Numbered from the stretch's first letter, positions 11,770 through 25,812 are shown. The stretch is 57,765 bases of DNA from Chara braunii (GCA_003427395.1 BFEA01000043.1:1543754-1601518), one strand, 5' to 3'. Numbers and translations are program-made. Notes: generated by a model not told the origin, from the sequence alone.

Positions 11770-12165
11770 TCATGAACTAAGAGTCTGTAGAATCTCTGTG
11801 CATACTGTAGACTATAAAATAGTGTAGATGTTTCTGGCACGAGGTGAGTAAACCTCCTGCTAAAAGATAAGGCATAGCCGTCACAAACATCCGCATTAGG
11901 GGATCTTTCTTTTTGTCGACAAGTTGTGAACTAAGAGTCTGCAAACTCTCTGTGCATAGCACTGCATAGCCGTCACAAACATCCGCATTAGGGGACCTTC
12001 CTTTTTGTCTATAAGTTATGAACTCAGAGTCTGCGGACTCTGTGTGCATAGCACATCATACTGTAGACGAAAGATCTTTCTGACTCGAGATTACAAACCC
12101 TTCTGCTAAAAGACAAGTCACAGCCGTCACAAACATCCGCATTAGAGGACCTCTCTTTTGTCTGA
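11770..12165. repeat. Degenerate tandem repeat (agccgtcacaaacatccgcattag core, 3 copies)
   Basis: Core recurs at ~11875, ~11966 and ~12122. Confidence 0.8.
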
Positions 12166-12549
12166 ATAAACCCAGTCTGCGTGGGGTTAAGAGCAGTAGT
12201 TTCATCTGTATTATGTACGAGAGCCCAGTTAGATGAGAGCCTGTCCCGGAATCGACGCCCACTAGATGATAAGGCAATAACGGGCCCCAGCTAGAGGGGA
12301 ATCTGTATAAGTATATTGCCATGGTACTGTCATATGACATCAGGGGACTTTGCAGTAATTGGCACTCAAACAATCACAACACAATCGTAAATGGTAGCAC
12401 AATATGTGAGGCTATATGCTCGTGGAGGACATCATGTGCCAAAAAAGAACTGAAGTGTTCAAGTGAACGCTCCAGCATCACCCTTCTGCCTCGTCCACTC
12501 AGACATAATCGGCACTAATATCCAGGCTATCCTTTGTAGTTGATTAATA

Positions 12550-12654
12550 CCTTGTTTCCCCGAACACAACACCCAGTAATTAAATCTGTATTTAGCGCAA
12601 TTCTTAGGTCAGATACAGATATAATGACCGGGTATTGTATTCGGGGGAAGAAGG
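12550..12654. mobile_element. ~105-bp hairpin MITE, TA-flanked Tc1/mariner-pogo-like family
   Basis: TA|CCTTGTTTCCCCGAA...TTCGGGGGAAGAAGG; same family as the 20619, 39773, 48225 and 54255 copies. Confidence 0.8.
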
Positions 12655-12742
12655 TGAGTTGTAGATAACCAGTGGAGGCCATCTGCTACTGTGCAATCTA
12701 GAGTAAGATATATCAGGGAGGTCACTTTCGTGGTTCCATAGA

Positions 12743-13136
12743 TTTAAACCACCAGTAGCTCCGAGCCTCTTTTTGCGTTGCGCTCCAAAGAAAAACGAAC
12801 CGCCAGCGGCACACTTTTTTCTTTTTTGGCTGGCTCCGCCAGCTATTTAGGTCCAGTAGCACTGTTCATCTAAAATCTTCGAATTGAGTTAATTTCAATT
12901 CTCAAGGTGCCTGGGGAGGGTACTGGCGAGTCGGGCGGTTTAAACCACCAGTACACCCGGGCCTGGAGGAGCTCCACTGCTCGCGCCAAGCTTTGCCGAA
13001 TTGCCAGCGGCAAACTTTTTTTCTTTTTGGGCTGGCGCCGCCAGCCATTGTGGTCCGGTAGGCCCAAGGCACAGAATTTTCAGAGTAGGCAACGGAACTT
13101 TTTCAGCAAGGCTGGGGCCGTGCGCTGGCGGTTTAA
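12743..13136. mobile_element. Two adjacent TT(T)AAA-flanked MITEs sharing one TTTAAA
   Basis: tttaaaccaccagta at 12743 and 12939; ends gctggcggtttaa at 13136. Confidence 0.75.
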
Positions 13137-13716
13137 GGGAATGAAGGATGGTTTGAAGTACGCACCTAGTTCAGGTCCTATCGTCAGGTTACAATGCCAA
13201 AACAAGTCTGTGTAGTTTGGTCATCCCTGGAGGGTATGTCAGCTGGGCTGTTTCACTTATTTGATCATCTGTCTTGGGGTCTTTGTCAGGCTTTATGGCA
13301 CAACAACAATCCTTGAGGGAGCATTAAATGATGCCGAACCCTGGGGGGCCAACCCTTGGTCCTAAGTTCCTCACCCTTGGTCCTAAGTTCCTAACCTTTG
13401 GTCCAACAGTTGGTCCAACAGTTGGTCCAACCCTGGGTCCATGCTCCATCCCTCGGTAGCAGTCCGAATATGGTCTGAATCAGACAGTGTAGGCAGCTTG
13501 GCAGAAAAGCATCCGCACTTCTGGCTCAATGCACATTTGTGCTCCCTGGAGAGCATTGGGAATTTCCTCCAGTGGAGCAGTGCAAATTTCTCTTGATCGC
13601 CTCAGGACTCCGATCTCAAGCGGTCAGATTATGTTGGAATTTGAGTTCACATGCTTCAATAGTTGTAATCATCGGTCTATAAAGGGCTACAGGAGGCATC
13701 ATCAAGCAGCTTCTAA

Positions 13717-13836
13717 GAGCATACAAGCACTAGCACCATCCAAAATGTATCTGACCGTAATTGCAGCCCCAGTTGGATGTATCTGACGGCAATTACGTCC
13801 AGAAATAAATAAAAGGGTCCTAATGTGAGTACGCTC
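13717..13836. mobile_element. PIF/Harbinger-like MITE (same family as 10215-10351)
   Basis: taa|gagcatacaagcactag...ctaatgtgagtacgctc|tta. Confidence 0.65.
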
Positions 13837-14058
13837 TTAGACAGAATTAAGGACTTAAGTAATGACATCACTTCCCCATGTGGAACGGATGTATATCAGG
13901 GCGCGGGATGAAATTCCATAAAGTTACGGAACTTACTCAGTCAGCAACTCTTAGGAGTTTGACAACGGTAAACTTCCGGCTAGGTCGTCTGTCTGGCGAC
14001 AATGTCGGTGCCTCAAGTAGCTGTCCAGTTCTATGGTCTCTCAAGTAAATAGTCTAAA

Positions 14059-14125
14059 AGTTGGTAGAGCATTGGGCTCTTTTTTTTTAACCTAATGGTC
14101 GCAGGTTCAAATCCTGCTATACCCA
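14059..14125 (+). pseudogene. trnK: Mitochondrial-type tRNA-Lys(UUU) fragment (NUMT) with expanded T-run
   Basis: agttggtagagcattgggct(ct+T-run)aacctaatggtcgcaggttcaaatcctgctataccca matches plant mt trnK; the 5' acceptor strand is missing. Confidence 0.85.
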
Positions 14126-14872
14126 TAAGGATACGATGGAGTTGGTAGACATGGTGGATTGTGTATATGATTGTATTATGAATATATTAATATAATTTAT
14201 ATAATGGATATAGAGCTCATAATAAAAGTTACTTGAAGCGTAAGTTACGTAACAGAATAATATGTTACGTAACTCATCATAAATGGTAACAGATGAACGC
14301 TTCATCATTTCCAAGTTCCAACCATTTTTGTCATTGATTATTTTCTAGATACTTTTCCGGAAACTCAGGTACTATTATTCTTGAGGTAATTTTGCCGAAC
14401 CTGAACCTTAGAATTTTGCTTTTATAAAACGGATGCTCCGGTCTATTATGCTTGTAGGAAACTATCGGCAGCACTGATTGCTTCTCCCCCCCCCCCTCCC
14501 CAACCCCCCCAACTGCGCATGCAATTTCCCTTGCTTGTAGGGCCAGGGAAACTATCGGCAGCACTGTTTGCTTCCCCCCCCCCCCCCCCATAAGGAGAAT
14601 CTACTGCCAACTACACAGTCACCTGAATGTATCATCATTACACAGAGGTGTACCCGAAAATTCTCATCGCTTCCTCTCACGTCCTCATGTAGACAGGCTG
14701 TCAGATTGTACGTTGAAACTAGAACCGCTGAGCCAAACTGAACAAGCCTGCTACTGTCTCACTTTCCCGTGATGCGCATGTTAGCTATCTGGATCCCCAT
14801 GTCGCCAGTAAATTGCCTTGTTGCCTCATCACCCTTACGTTATGCGACCCTTCCGTACAGTCCCTTCTCAGT

Positions 14873-15123
14873 CAGCCCACCAGTACATGGCCCCATCCAA
14901 GTTGAGAATCGTGATTGAGCCTCTTCTAAAATTCCGGAGGCTCGGGACAGGGTCTCAGAAGGGTGGGTGGGGGCGAACAAATTGTCCTGCGCCTTGGGTT
15001 GGGGCCAGGCGCGGCACTGAACAAAAACACAATTTCCACTCGCCCCCAGGCAGGCGCTGTCCCGAGTCCGCAAACTTTTCGGAGAGGCTCATTTGTGATT
15101 CTCAAGACGTACTGGTGGCTGAA
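14873..15123. mobile_element. MITE of the CCACCAGTAC-TIR family (inverted relative of 31853-32105)
   Basis: ccaccagtacatggcccc...gtactggtgg; the interior is similar to the reverse complement of 31853-32105. Confidence 0.8.
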
Positions 15124-16952
15124 GCAAAGTGGTCTTTCGTTATGACTCGGTCCTGTTCCGCATCGGGTCCTAATTCAGAGTCTCCCTTTCCTGATGGGGG
15201 CTAATCCTTCCTTCCACCCAGGCACTCCTTTTCGAAAGCCCTTCCTATTTCTCGGGCTTTATCGGCTTTAGCGTTTTTCTCCGTTCTAGAGAGCATCCCT
15301 GTCCTGATGGAGGCTATCCATCTGTAAGTCAGTCATTACTATTCAAAAGCTCTTACGGCCTCTTGGACTTCATCCAGCTTAGCGTCTACAGTGAGTCAGT
15401 CGTTTCTATTCAAGAGTCATTACTATTCAAAACCTGCCTTACTGTCAGTCAATCTATGCACAGTGAGTCTCCAACACGCGTACTAACCCACGCCTTTGAT
15501 CTGTTCTCTTGTACCGGCCATGCCTATCCCTCTTTTGTTGAGTATGGCCTGGTTATCGGGAAGACGTTGTGTGAGAATAGGAGGAGACCCCTTGTGGGAA
15601 AAGTTGTTTCCCAAATGGAGATCGTTTGTGCCCTTCCATCGCTTACATTTTGTTTTGTTTCAGCGATATTCCCCGTCCTTTGCGTCCAATCTTCAATTTA
15701 CTTTTGCAATTTGGACACCAGGATTTGCAGACCAGCCAAAGTATTCCTTTCATAATTCTGGGCAGTCCATCCCTACCGACCCTCGCAGGTGATCCAGGAC
15801 CACTGGCTTCCCTTGAACACACCCTGATAATGAATGTATACAAGCCTAGCTTTCTGATCAGGTACAGCCAAAATGAGGGTGCATTGTGTTCTGAGGAAGA
15901 CCGTGGCGGGAGGCTCTCAAAATTACCGTCACGTCATCTGCAAAAGGCTATACCAGCTGGAATCGGTATGACTTTCTGTCCTGCAAGTCCATTCTCGGTC
16001 TTGCAATTGCTTCCATTATGAACAGAAGATATATTGGTGCTTCTGGAGGACCGCCCCCGCCGCACTGACCGTGTCAGACGCGATGGTATGGATACGAAGT
16101 CGTTAACCTGAAAACGACCATGTGCAACGCGTTTTTGTATTTTGACTGGCGCCGCCTGCCATTTTGGTCCGGTAGCACTGTTCACCCAAAGAATACGGTT
16201 TGTGCCAACTTTGTGGCGAATTGGTGTTTCGAGTTTGCCAGTGAAAGGTAGTGGCAGTTTAACGCGACTCCTAAAGTTTTGTCCAACTCTCATCTTTTTC
16301 ACACATAGTTGTAAGATGCCCTAGGGAGCCATGTTAAAGTTTAGCCAGGTGATTCATCTCCTCAAAGTCAAAGAAGAGTATTGCTGCTGGCAATCTCTTG
16401 TCTCCGGTACTCTTAGGGTCAGGCCCCAAGGGAGCCATGTTCATGCTTGGAAAGCATGTAGGCGTGACATTGTCGACCAATCCTTGGCTCACATTCTCTA
16501 GTTTAATCTTTAGTTACAGCCTATGATATACAAATAACAAAGCGCAAGAGGACCATTTGTGAATAGCCAGTGTTCGGCTTGTATCATGGATTGTATCAAG
16601 GTCAGTTATCTGGAGTGTGTAGCAATGAGCTATCTAGGCCTGTGATGAATGATTCGCTTTGTTGTCAGAGCACGATTAAACACTGAAGAGAAAGCACACT
16701 TCCAAACTTTGGAATTTCCTGAGGATGACTGGAAGCTGCTCTCTGGAAAGTAAAGAAAAGCGGGTGAGGCCCAGCAAGCAAACAGACTGCACGTCACTGC
16801 AGTGGTGAACAAACAACGAATCTTCCAATTTAGATATGCGAACATTGTGAAGTGATCTCCCAGTCAGATGGTAGCTTCTTGTGGAAGCACTGTCTTGTAG
16901 AGTATCCTCACCCTTGCAGGGTCCTTCTGTGCACTTCTCATGACCACAACGC

Positions 16953-16953
<1 letters not shown>

Positions 16954-17043
<90 letters not shown>

Positions 17044-17097
17044 NNNNNNNNNNNNNNNNNNNNNNNNNNNNNNNNNNNNNNNNNNNNNNNNNNNNNN

Positions 17098-17178
<81 letters not shown>
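16954..17178. repeat. (TG)n-(GA)n compound microsatellite
   Basis: Direct. Confidence 0.98.
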
Positions 17179-17182
<4 letters not shown>

Positions 17183-18492
17183 TTCTCTGCGCTACGTACT
17201 GCAGGATACAGTAGCTGATGTCTTTCTGTGTGAAGGGTTGAGTGTTAGTGTTGTAGCATTTGTGTAATTATAGTTTCTTGATAGTTGTTCCTGTTACTTT
17301 GACGGTTTGACCTCTTTGTAGGGTGGATGTCTACAGACCAGTTCCTAGTACTTGTTCACGACTCCCATGTGCAGTATCATCAGGACAGAATAGCTCATTA
17401 GGCTTTAGCACAGGAAAACGTTTGTGTTGTTGGCCACTAAGGTCAATCGGGATGCCTTGGCTTGGCTGTGAAACAGACTCCGATAATAACATCCGTACGG
17501 GTGGCGGGCCTGCTGATTAGCCAGTCAATTTGGAAGATTGAAGTGGAAGCTTGGAATGTTTGCCATCTGTAACCTGTACATCTTCTGAGGCATGGATTGT
17601 GACTTCCGTTGCCTTCGTCAATGACTTTGATTCACTCTGACCAGGACTTGTGTCATGCAATTAGATTCCAGGGGTCTCCCGAAACTCTTTCATAAAATTC
17701 TAGCAATTTTTCTCGTTCTTCAAAAGCTCAAAGAGAAGGGGTTAATGCTCCTACCCGCCTGACAAGTGTGAAGTCAGTAGTTCAAATCTACGTAGGCCCA
17801 CTCTGCTCTGCTGGCGAGCCGTGCTCGCAAGCGCTTTTTCTTTTTTTTTCTTTTATTTGATCGCGGAAAATTAGTAGCAGAATGTTTGTTTTCGTGATGA
17901 TGTTCAAAGATACACAGCAGAAGATAGGACGCCTTGGCTGGGTAGGTAGTGCCCTGTGACATAGCAAATAGCAGGAGGTTTCACCCACCATAGCCTGCTA
18001 CAATATATGGTTGCTAACGAGATGCGAATTAATTGAATGCATCTCAGCCATCTGAGACTAAAATGTGCTCCTTGTTCGGGGCCAAATGCGTACCACATGG
18101 CTCCCACGACTGCCATGTTGCGGCCAAATGACTGCTCATCACATGACTGGCTCACACGCCTACCGCATAGTCGCAGCCCGGTGTGCTATCTATCTGGACT
18201 GGGTTGGAGCTACCTGAAGATGCTTTAGGGACAACGAAGCTCTCAGGAAGTTGACGGCTCGAGGCTTGGAAACAATAAAGGTTTGCGATGAGGTTTACCG
18301 TCCTGAGGGTCTACTACGTCTACTTAGCACTTCACGTTTTAGGCTTTCGGAAACTCCTATTGGACATTATTTCGCTTACGTGACAGAGTATGTCCTCGAG
18401 CCGTTTTCACGTTGGCGGGATTTATCATTGCTCTGCTACTCTTTGTCATCGTTGTTGAGCATATTGGAAATTTCTTTGTCTCACAGTGAACC

Positions 18493-18669
18493 TTAAGCCA
18501 CCGGTCGTTTTCCCAGCTATTTTGTTCCAATGTGGCGGCTAACCTGCTGTGTTAACAGGGGCATATTGGAACCAAAATGGCTGGCAGCACCAGTCAAAAA
18601 GAATTTCTTTTGTGCCCCCGTTAGCAGTCTAGATCGGGAAAAAGACGCTCGGAGGGAGTGGTGGTTTAA
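18493..18669. mobile_element. Degenerate TTAA-flanked MITE (CCACC TIR family)
   Basis: ttaagccacc...gtggtggtttaa. Confidence 0.6.
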
Positions 18670-19022
18670 GATCATAGCTTGTGTTCTTGCCTTTATGGAT
18701 GACCATTGTCTGTAAACAGTTGTTTTGTCATCGTGACCTTAGTGATCAGTTCCCGCCATCCCCCCCAGGGTNNNNNNNNNNNNNNNNNNNNNNNNNNNNN
18801 NNNNNNNNNNNNNNNNNNNNNNNNNNNNNNNNNNNNNNNNNNNNNNNNNNNNNNNNNNNNNNNNNNNNNNNNNNNNNNNNNNNNNNNNNNNNNNNNNNNN
18901 NNNNNNNNNNNNNNNNNNNNNNNNNNNNNNNNNNNNNNNNNNNNNNNNNNNNNNNNNNNNNNNNNNNNNNNNNNNNNNNNNNNNNNNNNACATGTCGCCA
19001 TTGATGACAGCTTCCTATGATG

Positions 19023-19060
19023 CTGTCTCTTATACACATCTAGATGTGTATAAGAGACAG
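19023..19060. other. Nextera mate-pair junction adapter (assembly artefact)
   Basis: CTGTCTCTTATACACATCT+AGATGTGTATAAGAGACAG, exact. Confidence 0.99.
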
Positions 19061-20618
19061 GTATAGGTCAGATGACCAGCCTTTTGGAGTTTGCTTTTCT
19101 GCCCGAATGATGAGAGCCTTCACATGTTTTCCGCTTCGTGCTGTGGCTCTGCCGAGGTTGTGTTACCAGATGTATGTCATTTGATGAGGTCCGGGGCCTA
19201 TGAGGGCGATTGAATGCCCTTGTCTAATGTGGAATGCCTCTGAGGACGTTTTCCTCCAGCTTCTCGTCTTAGACTAAGCCTCAAAATGTGCCATTGTAAT
19301 ATCCTTAGACACGTCAGATTGTCTGCTGGTCCGTAGCTACTGCCAGTCGTACTATTAGGTCTATTCCAGGCTTAGGATGCCATTGGACATTGTCTCGCTT
19401 ACGTGACATAGAATGCAGCGCAAAAGGCTCTGCATGGTTTGTCTTATGTGCCAGCGTACGGTGCGGGAAAGACTCTGCCGACCGGCACTTCATTTGGTGC
19501 AGAAGCTACATGTTCAAGCTTTGCTGAGATTCTAACAGAACACTGGCAAGGTTTGGAAAGCAGGTCAAAAGTGCAAGTTATTCCCTGGCCTTTTTTCGTG
19601 CCTTTTTCTTAATCACTCAAGAGTTCAAGTGGAGTTTTGAACTCCTGGGGCGAGGCCCCACTTGCCCAGGTTTCTTAGAGTTGATCTTCATGATGAATGA
19701 TCAGAAATTGAGGATCCAGGTAAGTGGGACCTTGGCCCAGTGAAAGCTCAATTGTGTATGCATTGCAACTTGATGTTTTGACATGCTTTTGGCGTCCATT
19801 GGGTGATCAGTGATCACTGTTTTGTTTTGGGGCATTGCTTTTAGTTCTGAGGACCTGGACCTTTCTTACGTGTATCTCACCTCAATTGCTGCCAGATTCC
19901 GTTTTTCAACTTTTTCTCTGCACGTCAGTCCTGACGGCAAAAGAGAACTTTCTGCGGAGCGAAGAACCCAGGCCAAGTAGAGGTTCAACCTCAGCACTGA
20001 GGCTGAAAGACTCAGGGTTGAGCATTATGAGCGATGAACTACCAGTGTGTAAATGTGCAGCTTGAGCACTGAGGTCACAAAAAAAAAACAAAGGTCAACC
20101 CTTTGTTGTGGCGAAAGAACACTTATCAAGCACGAAGGTATAAGGCGGTCCAGATCTTTGAACATTGATAATTAGACTCACAATGCCCGACCAGTTCGCA
20201 TGGTTTGGAGAGCACTTGTTACGACCCTCTAGGCTCTAATCTTTCAGCCTAGTAGTGGAACTCTTCATTTCTTGACTCTATCCGTGTTTTGATCGGAGTA
20301 CATACCAGGAAAAAATGGTCGGGAATACCTGGCTTTAAGCATATTGCTGGCCTAAACTGCCAAAGGAGAAGCGACAATTGGAATCTTGGCAGTTGTCATT
20401 GTTGCTTTGCAGGCCTACTCCCTAAGCTTAGGCTGCCTATCATTAGCCTTTGTAGGTACTGGAAAGCTTAGAATGCTAAGAAAGAAATAGCCACCCTTAC
20501 TAGCATAGCTTCTATCATTAAGCTTTGTAGGTACTGGAAGGCTTAGAATGCTAAGAGATAATAGTCATCCTTATACTAGCATAGAGGGAAATGAACTGGG
20601 GGTTTTCACCATGAGCTA

Positions 20619-20723
20619 CCTTCTTCATCCGAATAAAACGTATGGTCATGATAGCTGAATTTGGGCCACATTTCAGTCTAGATACCGCTGTAATGACCGT
20701 ACGCTCTATTCGGGTGAAGAAGG
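20619..20723. mobile_element. ~105-bp TA-flanked hairpin MITE
   Basis: TA|CCTTCTTCATCCGAATA...TATTCGGGTGAAGAAGG|TA. Confidence 0.9.
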
Positions 20724-21019
20724 TACCCAGCCTAATATGTTAGGTAGTATGTACAATATTACGGCAATGCACACCACTGGCTTGCAGAGCATTAGCAATG
20801 AGATGGGTATTTGAATGCAGCTCAAGCGCATTTTCTGAGTTTATGTGATTTATAGCACTGTTGAGCTTTGAGCTTATCAGTAAATTGCAGATCTTTGTTA
20901 TTTCAGAACGTTGGTGCTTTTCAGTTTCCTGCGTTGGCCCACTCTAGGAAATTTCACAAGTTCTTAGCGTCTCTTAGCACGTTCCGTGTTGGTGGACTAC
21001 TGGTAGAATGGGTTAGCGA

Positions 21020-21128
21020 CCGTCTTCACCCGAATAGAATGCCCCATTCATTATAGCCATATTCGATGCGCGATTTTCAGTCTTAGATACAGCAATATTG
21101 ACCGGGCGTTCTATGTGGGTGAGGACAG
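21020..21128. mobile_element. ~105-bp hairpin MITE (diverged copy)
   Basis: ccgtcttcacccgaataga...tctatgtgggtgaggacag|ta. Confidence 0.8.
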
Positions 21129-21549
21129 TAGTCAGAGTAGGGCAAGGAGCAAACACTAGAATGTTTGTATTTCTTTCCATGACAACAGCATCTTCAATCG
21201 GATTGCAGTGCTAACTGGATAGATCGTGTGATTTATGACGGTGCTGACGTTTCACCTTAGTGGTGAATACTGTCATATTTGCAGTGGCATTTGCGTGGCG
21301 TACCAACAACAAATGATGTGAGCAAGCATCAGTATATTTTCCATTTCATAGTAGTCTGGGTTGGCATTGACTCGTAGATCTCGGTGACTATCCTGCTTTG
21401 CAGTTTTCTGCTTTAGCCCACAACTTTCACAAGTTCTTAGAGTCTTTTTGTGCATTACTTTTTGGCGGCAGGGCAAGCAGCAAACAACAGAATGCCTGTG
21501 ATTCTTTCTGATACGCCAGCGTCTTCTTAAGCATTGGAGTGCTCTTTGC

Positions 21550-21860
21550 CTAGCCTGTGCTATCTGGCCAGTCTTTGTGCCATCTGGCCAACCTGTGTGC
21601 CATCTGGCCAGTCTTTGTGCCATCTGCCCAACCTTTGTGCCATCTGGCTAGCCTTTGTGCTAACTGGCTAGCCTATGTGCCAATTGGCTAGCCTTTGTGC
21701 TATCTGGCTATAGCGTTTGTGCTATCTGGCTATAGCCTTTGTGCTATCTGGCTAGCCTCTGTGCTAACTGTATAGCCCTCATGCTAGATGGCTAGCTATT
21801 GTGCCAACTGCCTAGCGTTTGTTTGAACTGATTAGCATTTGTGCCAACCAACTGGCTAGC
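21550..21860. repeat. ~20-bp minisatellite (GCCTTTGTGCTATCTGGCTA)
   Basis: About 15 degenerate tandem units. Confidence 0.9.
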
Positions 21861-24800
21861 ACACACTTCATGTAGAAGAACAGCAAAATGAGTGAGGCTT
21901 TACTCTCGCAGAGGACACAATGTGCAAAATCTGCAAAACCTGCAAACAGCCAAATTGGATGCTACAGCATCGCACTTCTGTGCTAACTGGCTGGCTTTGT
22001 CCTAACTGGCCACCCTTTCAGCTTACCGGCTAGCCTTTCAGCAAGGCCTGTCCTTGGGGCTTTGAACAGTTTCCGAGTTACAATGTACTCTATGCTCACC
22101 TGTAGGTAGTAGACCTGCAGGGATTTTTGGCTATGTACAATGCTAGCAAGCATTGCATGAATTCTGTGGGGAAATAGTACTCTGTGGGGAAATAGTACTG
22201 TGTGCTGACTGCAGATCAGTCACCTGCAAAGCAGAGGCATCAGAATTTGTATCATGAGTTAGCACATTGTAGAGCGAGTTTCTAACGTACCGAGAAGAAC
22301 GGGTTTGCTTTATAGACGAAGACTATTTAGGACCAAAGGGCTTAAGCTGTCCTCATGAGAAGCACAGAGTCGAGAATCGGGAATGTTAGGTAGCGTTGCA
22401 AGGCAAGGATTGACTCGCCGAAGAGTGCAGCATGGCAGCTGATCAAGCCACATGTACTAAGTGTTTCTGCGTTTCATCTCGACTTAATGTGTTGATCTCC
22501 AACTCCGAGCATGTCCACTGTGATATCTCTTTCATTAGCAAAGAGCAGCATGCTTAAGATTAGCCCGTCAGGCCTCAGCTGTACCATATGTCACACTCTT
22601 CGTTTATAGTGTACGGCTAGTGGGTGTCAAACCCTCAAGGCAGCGCTTGGTGCGCCACATCCTGCAGAGCCCCTTTGATCATGCGAACTTTGTCAGCAAC
22701 TTAATGGCAGCAGTGCAATGTTCACAGAGTGCTTACGAGCATGCTGGGGCGTCAAGGAATGTTCTACCTGGGAGAATGTACTGTAAGCTGTAGCTAGGTG
22801 CAATCTGTTGAGGTGTTGCATGTATCTGGTGTAGAAATCAGGCTGTGTGCTTACGAAAGATTGTTCGCCACCAAGCCTCTTCTGCCGTCACTCTCCCTCC
22901 CTATAAGGGCGTACTCAGTGATTACTTGCGCTAAATGTTTCCTGACTATAATCGCAGTCAGATACTTCGCCAAAAGTCATGCCTGAGACATACCCTTCGT
23001 CCTTTTACTGCTCCACTTTCTGAGCCAGTCTTTCATGTTCACTGTAGATGTTTGAAAACCGCTGTTGTGTTTTCTGCATTGTTATGGGTATGCTACCCCC
23101 AAAACAACCACTCTTCGAGCCTCGTCCCGACTTTCTTCTGTATGATTACATGGTCCAAGAGGGTTGTTTAGGCTTTTGCGTCGCTATGGGTATGCTACCC
23201 CGAAAATGACCACTGTTCGAGCCTCATCTCGTATAAGCGCCAATAGGCTTGTTCACAGATCCAGGCACAAAGCTCTTTGTGTATTGGCTCACCTATCATT
23301 TAGTCCACTTGCAACACAAGTGCAAACCTGGGACAAGCCAGTTATATCAGATAAGTGGTCCAACTTGTCAGGGCATTGCAAAATAAGCTGTTTGTTTTTG
23401 GTTAAGTGTTTCTCTTCTTGAGCCTGGTAGGGCGAAAGCTCTGACGAGTCTTCTCATTTTTTCAGCAGCAGACAGTCATCAAAGCCCTCCAGGTCACTCT
23501 TTTGAGCCCTCACAAATTGTGTGAAAGGTCTCGTCATTTTCACTGTTGAGTCTGTGTTGACCAGCCGTTTACACACTACCAGAAATGTGAAGTTCTACAC
23601 AATCTTTAAGCGGCATCATTATCACGATGTGGTAGTGTAGTTAAGCGTTGGAATGCACCATTTCTTGAGTTGTGGTCAAGTATGGCGATCTGAGCGCAAC
23701 ACGTCAGGGCATAGACACAGTAGAACTTGTTCAAAATTCAACTGAATTCGGCCATAACTACTGTCAAATACATTCAGGAAACCGGCCATGCCAGTACGCG
23801 CTAACTGGTGGAATACAATTTCAAAAGACGCGTGGTGCGAAGGAAGTGACCGTCTTTTTGAAGTGATGCGGCAGAATTGCTGGCCATCTGCAGGAGGGAT
23901 TGTGCTTGTGCAAAGTTGCGTACAAAATAGATGATCGGAAATCAAATGTAGATTTGCACCGGAGCATTATCATGAATTCACTTTCGCAGCAACTGGCCAA
24001 GATCTTTGGAAAGCCTTGTAGGCGAGTCTGCACCAGAGCATTATCATGAATTCACTTTCGCAGCAACTGGCCGAGATCTTTGGAAAGCCTTGTAGGCGAG
24101 TCTCAAGTCGTACTCAGACTAGGACTTTTTTGACTGAATTTGGGTGTAACTGTGGTCATATACATGGCAGAAAGTCCAAGTGTCAATATGTCCTCAAAAT
24201 CTTAGCGGAACGTCGGCTTGATAGCTCCTTGAAGGTTTGCTGAGATTGTGGGCCTCCACAACCTCAGCCTCGCAAGTTGAAGCTGCCGATTTTATCAGCC
24301 GCCATCTGATATTCCTTCTTTTGTCTACATCCATAACTAGTCCGTATAGGCTCCTCACTTAGCTACATACGTAATCATGCGCTCAGAATGTAGGCCTCCT
24401 AGTTAATTTAGCCCGTAACTTGGCTTTGCATGTAGGTTGTCGACGGCTGTCGTTACCGTTGAGTTCACCATGTAGTGTCTTTGATGCTTCCAAAGCTCTT
24501 GTAGACGGATCATGTCATGACGAGTCTCTCAGTGGACGCTTTTCGGCGTTTCGGTCTTCCTTTTTGACGGAATAGGAGTTGCTCCACATTCAAATGCACC
24601 TTTGACTATCGAGGCTCGAAGTTTCGAAAGCTTCTCAAAGCGTGCTATCCAGCTTCGATGGTTTAGCGTTCGAGTTCACATGGCACATCATCTTCCCTAG
24701 TGTAATGGGAAACACTAGGGAAATTAGAAATTACTCAGCACACAAGTTAGCAGGAAATATGGGGCTTAACTAGAGAAGTCAGTAATTAAACACTACAATC

Positions 24801-25614
24801 ATACAATGAATCAATGATACTTTTTTCTAATTTTTTTTAACATCTCTTTAGGTTCTGGCATTATGGTTAGTTTGGCGCTCTATCCAATCGAGCCACCCAA
24901 TTGAGCCCAGAACTCATAAGATACAGGGGTTGAGACTTGAAAACTGTAGCCACCCAATTCAACTGAATTTGACTGTCAAATACAGTTTGGTGCTCTATGT
25001 AGTTGCCCAAGCCGATTCTGAGGTCAGACCCATGTCACACCCAGGCCGTGCCACGGTATGGTACACACAGGATTCTGAGGTCAGACGCATGTCACACCCA
25101 GGCCATGCCGTGGTATGGTACACACACGTAGGCGTTAGCAAAAAGATCAAAAGTTCAAATCACGATGGAATTAGATGCACGTCTTGCCAGTGATAGTTGC
25201 TCCGCCTGACATCGCTTGGGGACTTTGAGCTGTTTGTCTTCCTGCGTGGCCCGATGGAGATTGTGGGGTTTGGGAAACAGTCCTCTTTTTTTGACGACCA
25301 TAGGGCATACTGCCATACTCAGCAGTTTCTCTGAGGTGGTTTTCACCTGATGCAAATTTCCCATCGAGTAGGAAGAGAATCCGCCGTGGCATGCTACTCC
25401 ATTGAAAGCTCGGCCTCTGTGTATGCGTGCGAAAACGCAGAAAGTGTGCGGAGAGACTACTTACTGGTTTAACTGATGACGAATTACTTAGGGCCAGTTG
25501 ATTTCACAATAACATCTCAAGGCCATGCTCCTTTTAGAAGTAATAATATTCACAGTAGCAAAATGCTCCTGTGGAACTGATTATGATTCTCCCACCCCTA
25601 TTGTTTATTTAAAC

Positions 25615-25812
25615 TTTAAACCACTAGTAGATCCGAGCCGCTTTTGTACGAGGCAGATTCCCCGTGTGTGCCAAGCTTTATCAAAACACCAGTGTGACAT
25701 TGTTTTTGTCGTTTTGGCTGGCACCGCCAACCATTTTGGTGCCGAGCCTCCAATTTTGTTTTTTTGTAGTGAGCCTCTTGTTGTTTTCAAGTTGCCTGGG
25801 GCCACTGGTGGG
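25615..25812. mobile_element. CCACCAGTA-TIR family MITE
   Basis: tttaaaccactagta start; interior shared with the 12743 copy (ggctggcaccgccaaccattttgg, agttgcctgggg). Confidence 0.7.

Noticed and set aside
16669-16753. Next exon of the DALR-like gene (ARLNTEEKAHFQTLEFPEDDWKLLSGK)
   Set aside because: Phase is incompatible with the donor at 11259 and no bridging exon was found.
21550-21860. CRISPR-like array
   Set aside because: Contiguous degenerate tandem units with no unique spacers, in a eukaryotic context.
24530-24655. Group II intron RT domain 1 fragment on the minus strand (LSKLRASIVKGAF...EKRPL)
   Set aside because: Needs frameshifts to assemble the motif; too weak to call without a search.
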